Below are positions 36,641 to 44,932 of a stretch of 44,932 nucleotides of DNA, in pieces. The notes under the pieces are model-generated. The model worked only from the letters and a program-made list of their open reading frames with translations. It did no database searches and was not told the DNA's origin. Position 1 is the first letter of the stretch. Each line of letters begins with the position of its first letter. The stretch is from assembly GCA_000934665.2 (NCBI GenBank), contig JYFJ02003232.1, positions 1 to 44,932 on the forward strand. Reading direction: 5' to 3'. Source of the DNA: Catajapyx aquilonaris. Lineage: Eukaryota. The position numbers and the translations under genes were made by a program.

Positions 36641-36713
<73 letters not shown>
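36298..36713 (+). mobile_element. tRNA-derived SINE with long (ATT)n tail and 8-bp TSD
   Basis: A box TGGTGCTGCGG, B box GGTTCGATCCC, (ATT)n ~36642-36713, TSD TGTGAGAT (36290-36297, 36714-36721). Confidence 0.85.
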
Positions 36714-37313
36714 TGTGAGATTGGGGAGCTACCTCAATAAGTCATTGAAATGGGTAATTCTCACCTGCCTTGGCTTAGAAAAAGCACAAAATGTTGATAA
36801 GTGATTCCTCGCCTTCTTTTTATTTAATTTTTTCAGGGGCATCTCGCCGCATCTCGCATTTTTAGGTTTTCTCTGTTGAATTCCCCTAAGCGTGAAATCA
36901 CAAGTCATCTCTCTTTTCGGGTGTGTTGTCAAGCCTTGGAGCAGCCTCCTCTTTGCTCTACTTTTAGACCAAGCCTGTATCGACCGTTCCTGCTTCTAAT
37001 CCGTGCATTTTCTAACCTTTATACATGTTCCATTACGAGTACTAACTGTGCGTACGAGAAAATTAGTAATTGAGAATAAAATTGCTCTCCATTCCCTGAG
37101 GCTCGCCGTCAAAATTCCCTGTTTCTTATTAGGCTGAACGGGGATGGATACGATGAACCTATTGATTTATTGGAGGAGGTCATGAAGGATTAAAATTACA
37201 GATGAGTGCATGTCTAGAGATAGATGATTAATTTCAAGATACTTTCCATATGGAGTGCCACCCCGGTAGGGTTATGAGAGCATCAAACATATTATACGCA
37301 TGTATGATAATGA

Positions 37314-37573
37314 TAATGAGTAATAATAATAATGGCCTCCTTGGGCCTATTAGGGGATCGTCTTTTAAATACCCGCCTTTAATCATTGCCTATGCTGTAA
37401 TATATTTTGATTGTGGGAGGAAACGGGAGAACCCCGAGAAAACCCACGCGATCACGGAGAGAACCTATCGAAACTCTATCCACATAAGTATCCTCCGTCC
37501 GACCCGGGGATCGAACTCGGGACCTTAGAGGTGGAAGGCTGCGACGCTAACAACTCCGCCACTATGTATGCCT
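37314..37573 (-). mobile_element. tRNA-derived SINE with V-domain-like core and 14-bp TSD
   Basis: Minus strand A box TGGCGGAGTTG, B box GTTCGATCCC, core GCGTGGGTTTTCTCGGGGTTCTCCCGTTTCCTCCCACA, ATT tail, TSD ATGTATGATAATGA (37300-37313, 37574-37587). Confidence 0.88.
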
Positions 37574-38699
37574 ATGTATGATAATGAGTATATTATTGCA
37601 CTTTTAGAGTTAGTTGGTCAGACAATACTACTCACTTCTACAGAACTCTTCGTCTCTTCAGAGAGCGCGTCAAGGTACTCTTTACTGATAGTCATTAACT
37701 GGGCTTCACGATTAGATTTACATAGTTAATTATTCACTTTATTGCGTATGTATTCTATGCCAGAAGTTGGGAACGTTATAATTGGTACACCATACAATGC
37801 ATGTTACCTTGTACACTCTATTGATTGATGGTTGCTCAGCTTACAGTTTAATCAAGGTTTCAGCTTCCAATAATGTGGGTCGGAGTCTTGACATCTCGGT
37901 GGTGTAAGTCTGGAAATTTAAATAGCTAGAAATATCGGAGAATTCCAGTTGAATCTCAGAAACTAGGTTTGCGTCCCATAATTATTGTGGATTCTTGCAA
38001 AAAAATAATAATTTCCGGACCACTCTCTAAATCCTACAAAGTACTTTATATCTACAGTAATGCAAGGGTCAAAATATACCATGAAGTAACTTAAGCTGCA
38101 AAACCTCCTTCTTTGCTGCAAAAAAAAACTTTCCCAACATCAGGGCATATTTGTGGCTGAAGTCAGGAAAGCGATCTTGTGGTGATGGATTATCCTCACG
38201 ATGCAGGTATCGGACAGGAGTGACTCTTTCCAGACGAAAGACCCTCTGAAGTGAGGAAGAAGGAGAAAAAAAGGAGTGAATTGGTTGGGTGGTCCATCGG
38301 TGGTCTGGGGAATCCGGATACTGGAAAAAGAGAGCAGGGGGTTATAAATATTCCGGCGAGGCCATTAGCTATGCTGGAAAGTTAGAGTTGGCCTGCCCGG
38401 ATCCGTTTGTCACTTCATTTTTTTCTCACTCTCTCTCTCCGGGCTGAGGTTTGGGGCCGAGTCTGACTGGATGCACTCTGAATACCAGACGAGGACTCAA
38501 TTGACTCACACTTTCCTACCTTCGCTTCCTTCCTCACTACACTCTCCATTCAAATGGATCGAAACCGCTCCAAAATGTGAATATAAACTGCTGTCGTTCG
38601 AATTAACATATGACTCGTCGATATGGAGTGTTCATTAATCTTCAGAAAATTACTTTTGCGCTTGTATTTTTTAAAAATCCAGTAAAAGCTGAAAAATCT

Positions 38700-38865
38700 A
38701 AATGCTCAAAAATTCCGTGTAGCCAAATAAAGATGGTGCAGGATGAATAAAATAATATGCGTATAATGGCAAATATATTTTTATCTTGGGTATTATGCAC
38801 CTATCTAAATGATTTTATCCACACTGCATCAGCTCTATTTGCCTACCCGAAATTTTATGCACTTA
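38700..38865. repeat. Old degenerate inverted repeat (probable MITE)
   Basis: AAATTCCGTGTAGCCAAATAAAGATGGTGCAG pairs imperfectly with CTGCATCAGCTCTATTTGCCTACCCGAAATTT. Confidence 0.5.
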
Positions 38866-39323
38866 TACTGTAGTAGTATAGTGTACTTCAGAGGTTTTAG
38901 TTTCTAATGCGGAATGGGACCCACATAAATTTTTGAAGGCGCCTTTTACAAACATACGTATAAAGGCCAGTGAAATGGGCAATCCGTTAACATTCTATTA
39001 GTTACGGTACCGGTTTATGTGGTTTTTATGTGGATTATCTAAGGAAATTGTCGCAATAAGCTACTCTCAGGGTAAAACTGATATTCTATTCATGAAATTG
39101 TGATTCCAGCTACAGTGGTTTCTCTGATGAAAAAGTCAATTTCCATAACATTGCCCGAAAAATTTAAGGTAAGTGTACTATGCATCCATTGTGCAAAAGA
39201 AGAACATAAAAATCTTCATAATTAACAGTTCTTAATAAATATGTCATGAGCAGATTATTTAATTTCTAGGATATATTTTCTCAAATTGACATGCTGAAAA
39301 ACGCATATCATTCAGTTTGACTG

Positions 39324-39425
39324 TAGGTCGGTTAAAGTATTTCCTTACTACATGAGGCGAGAAATTAGCCTCCACCGGAGGTGCTGCCTCCCCCTGATGC
39401 AATGACTCGCACTCCCCTAGCTAGC

Positions 39426-39503
<78 letters not shown>

Positions 39504-39844
39504 TCATACCCCGTTATCAGCCATCGGCTCTTTAGGGGGGAAGTTTGTTTTGCCTGGAACTCTTTGCTTTCATTTTACTGCGCTTTTTGGGATATGATAG
39601 GGACGGAAGGAAGCGGCTGTGGCCTATTAATTACGGAAGCAACTACGGAATTTTCCTGGAAGGACCGTGGGAAACCACAGAAAACCACGGTCAGAGTTGC
39701 CGACCCCGGGATTTGATCCCAGGACCTCCCGATTAGCAGTCGGACACCATATCCCCTCCTCCAAACTGCTTCGGTACTCCCCTAGCTAGCACTTCTGTTG
39801 GAGGCTAATTTCTCCGCCTCATGTGGTAAGGAAATCCGACTGTA
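39324..39844. mobile_element. TA-flanked MITE interrupted by a SINE
   Basis: ATTTCCTTACTACATGAGGCGAGAAATTAGCCTCCA at left, near-exact reverse complement at 39799-39835, right end CCGACTG-TA. Confidence 0.8.
39427..39775 (-). mobile_element. Full-length tRNA-derived SINE with (ATT)n tail and 16-bp TSD
   Basis: TSD ACTCCCCTAGCTAGCA (39411-39426, 39776-39791); starts ACCGAAGCAG like the copy at 31472; (AAT)n on plus strand ~39426-39502. Confidence 0.93.
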
Positions 39845-39881
39845 CAGTCGCCAGCACAAAGAGGGTATACTGTACTGTATA

Positions 39882-40195
39882 TACCAGATCCGAATCAGGT
39901 TTATCCTGAAGGATAGGCGACCAGCATGACACCATCGAAGCCCAACAGGCTTAGGTCATCGCGTCTCAAAACCGGTTTCATTATTTTCAACCACGTTCGG
40001 AAGGAGCGCGTCTGCACCGCGTTCTCTAGTGTAAATGCACCCGACCCACCCGACACTCTCCGCCACCTTCAACGCGCTTCAACCTGTTCAGCTGTTCCAC
40101 TCCCATCCCGAGAGCGTCTCCACTTCCAAGCCTGTTTTGTGTCATGCGTATGCAGGTCGCATATCCTTCAGGATAAACCTGATTCGGATCTGGTA
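39882..40195. mobile_element. MITE with ~45-bp TIRs
   Basis: TACCAGATCCGAATCAGGTTTATCCTGAAGGATA with exact reverse complement at right; ATA on both flanks (3-bp TSD) or alternatively a TA TSD. Confidence 0.88.
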
Positions 40196-40243
40196 ATACC
40201 ATGGCTGTAGAAGACTCAGGTTAGGTCACTCCTCACCCACCCC

Positions 40244-40533
40244 CCTGCCGAGGGGTTTTGCACCGGGTGCTCACCTGAGACCTCCACGAGACATTTCCCA
40301 GAGCAATTATGTGGCGACCCTACCGGACTAGGCTGAACTTTATAGGTACGAAAGGGGAGGGCTACATGCTGGCCCAACATGGCCGCCGGCGGCCATGTTG
40401 GGCCCCCCAATGTAGCCCTCCCCTTTCGTACCTATAAAGTTCAGCCTAGTCCGGTAGGGTCGCCACATAATTGCTCTGGGAAATGTCTTATGGCGCTCTC
40501 AGGTGAGCACCCGGTGCAAAACCCCTCGGCAGG
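40244..40533. repeat. 290-bp spacerless near-perfect palindrome (foldback element)
   Basis: Arms pair from CCTGCCGAGGGGTTTTGCACCGGGTGCTCACCTGAGA to the centre CCAACATGGCCGCC|GGCGGCCATGTTGG at 40387/40388, with two short mismatched patches. Confidence 0.93.
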
Positions 40534-40883
40534 TGATAAGCCCAGAATGTAGGGGTAGTGTCCGTGGGCTGGGTAATACAGTACCCTCATTGTGCTGGCG
40601 ACGAAACTGGGTTACTCTACGCAATACGCCAGTTTTTTCTTGCAATTGGTTCAATTTCCTCAAAGGCTGTAGAAATTACACAAAAGTAATATGTTAACAG
40701 TGTGGTAAACTCTGCTAACTCGATGTATTTTATGGCAAGGGTATCTTCACCCGAAGAAATACAATTTATTGATTAGAGATTCTGTGTAGAGGCGTGTAAT
40801 GATTATGTCACGCTTGATACCAATGGAATGATGGTACCGGTACTGTTCTACTTAGGCCCAATTGCAACACTGAAGGTAGACCG

Positions 40884-40885
<2 letters not shown>

Positions 40886-40925
<40 letters not shown>

Positions 40926-40946
40926 GAAGAGAGGGGGGAGAGAGAG
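40886..40946. repeat. (GA)n microsatellite with degenerate end
   Basis: Perfect GA run 40886-40917, then interrupted. Confidence 0.9.
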
Positions 40947-41089
40947 TATACGGTGTCCAGTCTGCTTCAACTAAAGTGTCAGTTACAGTTTTCAATATGT
41001 TTTCCCTGAACTGCCACGGCGGGTATTGGGTTAAGCAGTTTGTTTGGAAAAGTTTGTCGGAATTATTATTAAACTCTCTGTACAGCTTA

Positions 41090-41691
41090 TACAGCAAAAC
41101 TTCTATAAGTCGAACTTCCCTAAGTCGAAGTTCTCTATAAGTCGAAGAAAATGATGAGCTTGGTTGGTCACAATGTAAAATAATAGGAAATAAACTTCCC
41201 TAACTCGAATTTCTATAACTCGAAGTTCTCCATAACTCGAAGTGCAGGCAGGGCCTTACGATGGGATATCAATGCATTTTCAGTCTCCCTAAGTCCAAGT
41301 TCATGTTCGGAAAATTTTCTCATTTCCCACTCGAACGGTCGAGAGTAAGCCACATGTACAGAAAGGCTCAATTTCCTGATCTCCGTCTACCAGATGTAAC
41401 CAAAGAAGTGTTTGAATCGATTGGGAAAGTTGAATCCTTGAATTTAAGAGTAGCCAAATGTCCATACCTGAGATTTTTTTACGACAAAACAATAAGAAAC
41501 ATTGTAAGTGTGATACTGACAATATTATTTTTAAGTTTTGAACACCTTTCGTCGCTGGATATAAAGGTAGTCTTCCTTATAGTTATGTGCTTTAAAAAAG
41601 CCAAACTTTTCTAACTAGAGTCTTCCATAACTCGAAGTTTTTTCTGGTCCCATGGAGATTCGACTTATACAGTAGAAGTATTACTTATGTA
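41090..41691. mobile_element. pogo/Tigger-like non-autonomous element
   Basis: TA-CAGCAAAACTTCTATAAGTCGAA start; repeated TAA(G/C)TCGAA subterminal motifs; right end TTCGACTTATA...AGAAGTATTACT, slightly disrupted. Confidence 0.75.
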
Positions 41692-41805
41692 AGAATATTT
41701 CAGTGTCTGCTCTTACTGATTGATATTACGTTTCAAAAGTGTGCCATTATTAGTATAATTATATTGCTTTAAATTTACTGATTACCTTTTTTCGGAATAT
41801 ACTGA

Positions 41806-42053
41806 ACAAGGGACAGTCCCCGGGTGATAATGACGGATCTTGATGAAACATAACATGCTAATTTCAATGTCATTATATGCGGTAATCCCATTGTGTATAA
41901 AATGTATTATTTTTGGTAATTTAAGGCGTCATAACGTTTCCAAATATGGGCCTCCTCCCGAAATATTTCATTTTTGGTTATCATATATTGTCCTGTATTA
42001 GCATGTTAAGTTTCATCAAGATCCGTCATTATCACCCGGGGACTGTCCCCTGT
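41806..42053. mobile_element. MITE with ~55-bp TIRs
   Basis: GGGACAGTCCCCGGGTGATAATGACGGATCTTGATGAAACaTAACATGCTAAT with near-exact reverse complement at 41997-42049; no clear TSD. Confidence 0.88.
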
Positions 42054-42324
42054 GAGCTTGAAGGAAACTGCAGCGGCAACGCATTCCGCATTCTTAATCC
42101 CAAAGGGCGATTAACCCTGTATTATTCAGGGCAGGTCTTCAAATTACCCGTATCAATAGGCGTGATTGCCTCGTGCTGGACAACAATAGCGTGAGTTGAT
42201 GTGGGTTGGACACCGGCAATGACATGGTTTGAATCCCTGCGATAGCAAACTGCATGCAATTAGTGTATCATCGACCATGTACGAGCTTTGTAGGCATAGA
42301 AAATTCAGCATGGGTGTGTGTGTG

Positions 42325-42594
42325 AGGGTGGGCGCGTTTTTTCTATCCTTGTCAGGTATTTTTTACGCGTTTTCCTATCCTTGTGAGGAATTTTGTCATT
42401 ACGAGGCAGTTTTCCTGCACCTCATAGTGAACACACGCCTCACAAGGATAGGGATAAATCGAAAAAATACCTCATAAAGACAGTAAAAATATATTTCACC
42501 AAAATTTCGTGTTTCCTTGTAGGTTATTAGGTTAGGTTAGGTTAGTTTTAAATTTTAAATTTTGGAAAAACCTCACAAGGATAGCAATGCGTGC
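42325..42594. mobile_element. (GT)n-embedded element A with CTATCCTTGTGAGG inverted motifs and internal TTAGG run
   Basis: Motif at 42343 and 42375 forward, 42438 and 42571 reverse; TTAGG run 42527-42545; GT runs at 42314-42324 and 42595-42603. Confidence 0.7.
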
Positions 42595-42603
42595 GTGTGT
42601 GTG

Positions 42604-42969
42604 ATCAGGTCTTGACTAAGGTGTGGGGACGGAAGTCTGTGGTTTTACTGTAGCTGTGGGGACCAGTTCCAATTGTGGGGACATTTGTCGGTCCCCACAG
42701 TCTCACACACGCGAAGTGTACCATTACAGTGGGGACATGTGTAAATTAGTGGGGACATGTCCCCACTATTTTCATTTGTAGGTTTTCACAAAAGTCCATT
42801 TTTCTCAGCCTAGGTTACTTAGGGTAGGGTAGGTTAGGTAGGATAGGTTAGGTAAGGTTAGGTTAGGTAAGGTTAGGTTAGGTTAGGTTAGGTTAGGTTA
42901 GGTTAGATCAGTTTACACTCGCAGTGAAAAGTGATCAATGTCCGTCCCCACGCCTTAGTCAAGACAAGA

Positions 42970-42973
<4 letters not shown>
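42604..42973. mobile_element. (GT)n-embedded element B with 25-bp subterminal IRs, GTGGGGAC motifs and internal TTAGG array
   Basis: GTCTTGACTAAGGtGTGGGGACGGA (42609-42633) / TCCGTCCCCACgCCTTAGTCAAGAC (42941-42965), 24/25; TTAGG array 42811-42906; (GT)n 42974-43007. Confidence 0.8.
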
Positions 42974-43008
<35 letters not shown>

Positions 43009-44932
43009 GAGGGGTGTTGCAGGGGGGGGGGTGTCTTTTTTGTCCTGCTGGCCTGCCTGACCCAGTCAGTTCGTTTTGCGTTTTACACGTTTCTCATTTT
43101 CCTCGTATTATTAATCACTGACCTGCCTTATCTCTATCCCCAATTATACGCTCTTCTGAAAAATGAGAGTAAAGATATGAATGGATAGGTTCGTCTCGCA
43201 TGCGACCATGCAACTGCGGTGAGGCGGCACGAAAACAACTCTGTTTCCAAGTCTGACATATCAATACCAACTAGGGTATAAACCTGCCTAGAGATTACAC
43301 CAGCGTGAAAATATGCGAATATTTTCCGAAAAGCAGTGATGAACTCACCTATAAGCATATATCAGTTTTGTAACAGCAAGTGTACTTGTCATGCACAATT
43401 TATATTCACTCTTCTTTAAATACACTCATTTCAAATTAGAGTGCAGCGAACTTTTTCGCAAGGCTGAGGCGAACTTTCAACCGATGGTAATGATAGTGTG
43501 TGATGAGAGCCATGCTATAGTTGTGGTGGAAATGGTTTCGGGTTGGGCACGGAATAATGGAGGCAGCGGTCTGCGGTCTCCGCCCGGCTTCAAACAAAAG
43601 ATAATTTACTAAACCGGGAGTAGCCATTACTTTAATCCATTTTCACACCACGCGGTCTTTAATCCACGATTCCATAGTTCTTCGCAGAGCCGTCAAGAAA
43701 AATGTGATTGGCAACGTCATTGAATGACATAGGTGCATATCTTATGGTTGTCGATCGCAAGTATTGCCAGGTCCGGACACCATAATGCCTGAAATGGCCG
43801 GTTTTTGGGGCAGGTACATAATGGTACTCTGCCTTTTAGTACTACAAGTAGAATGTAGCCTACAGTAGGCTATACCGAAAACTGGCCCGCTTCGCTTCCG
43901 AACCTCGCCCAGCAGAAGCAGCCAATCGATATGCAGTAGACTCTGAACGCACTTGCACGAAATAATATTTCACTTGAAGTGTATCCGACATTGAAGCCTT
44001 GAGAGCCTTTAAACAATGTCACAATAGATCGATAGAACGATGTAAAATCATGCATTTAAAAATACTGTGCACGGTTCATATAGAAGTAGCTGTCCAAGGA
44101 CGTCACTATGCACTCGGAATTTGCATGACATCTCTATGCGGTATATAGGGTCATACTTTGTACAGTACATACGGTGTAGCCCTTGTCCAACAATGTTGGA
44201 TGCCCTAGGGGTACTCATTGACGAAGAGGACCGGTGTACATGTCAAAAGCGGCACGAAATGTGGTGCTTTTGGATGGCGTTCCCGGTTCAAGAGCACGTT
44301 TCGATTCACATTGCGCTCTCGTTCCATGCATTGAAAGAACCCACTTCATTCAAGAGTACTCTGTGTTTACGAAACACGGATGCTCTGGTATCAACCCACC
44401 CGTAAGGACGCCAACTTCAATAATTAATTTTATTGGTAGTACTGTAGATTCGACAAGTCTGCGCGGAGTATAGAGTACAAAAGAGTATATAGTCAGAAAT
44501 CGATACAGTGCAAATGAATATGAATATTATTATTTTGAGTAATTAAATGTGACTATGTGCTGTGCGAGTCTCCTAATCATGCACATTCTACTTCACCGTG
44601 TACTAAAACTGCAAGGAACTTCAAGAATTAGGTCAGAGTGATGCATGAGATTGTCAAAAAAGGTGCTACCTAGCTGACAGTGGCACATACAAAAAACACA
44701 AGCTGATGGTGTGACATTTCATGCTGGCATAAGCCCACATTAAACAGTCAGACATAAGCTTGCCGTGTGCAGGACGAATTACGATTTGCGTGCTTACTTG
44801 ACCATTTTTGCAAAGGTCAGTTGGTCAGACGACACAAGATTCTGCGTGCTTTTTCGGCACATCTTTGCATGTGTTGTTTTTAGAATTGCTATACGATGTA
44901 CAAGCTGCTGATATTAGGTTCGTTATAAATGT

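Noticed and set aside
36616..36804. Poly-Leu ORF, and poly-Asn ORF at 39381-39716
   Set aside because: Translations of (ATT)n SINE tails
41100..41245. CRISPR-like array of TAAGTCGAA/TAACTCGAA repeats
   Set aside because: Repeats are 9 bp and irregularly spaced, typical subterminal motifs of a pogo-like element; eukaryotic context with no cas genes
42811..42906. True telomere or chromosome-fusion scar
   Set aside because: Short, single-orientation array enclosed by the inverted repeats of an element, inside an intron

Overview
Eukaryotic (probably arthropod, given the TTAGG arrays) genomic DNA. The whole window lies inside one minus-strand gene, a TMTC1-like protein O-mannosyltransferase (multi-TM region plus TPR repeats). 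I could reconstruct 12 consecutive internal exons by hand (35249 down to 4992, 1656 nt, all GT-AG and phase-compatible, no stops); the first and last exons appear to lie outside the window. The introns are crowded with mobile DNA. There is the 3' part of a Ty3/Gypsy LTR retrotransposon (RT-RNaseH-integrase, PPT, 313-bp 3' LTR) whose apparent frameshift looks like an assembly duplication at an N. There are also six tRNA-derived SINEs, a non-autonomous Helitron, mariner remnants, a decayed R4/NeSL-like LINE and more than a dozen MITE/foldback elements. The most unusual items are two related elements stacked in one (GT)n microsatellite that each carry an internal TTAGG array, a possible spliced accessory ORF between pol and the LTR, and an inverted SINE pair around a 252-nt frame-neutral exon pair. 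All calls come from manual reading; no searches were run.
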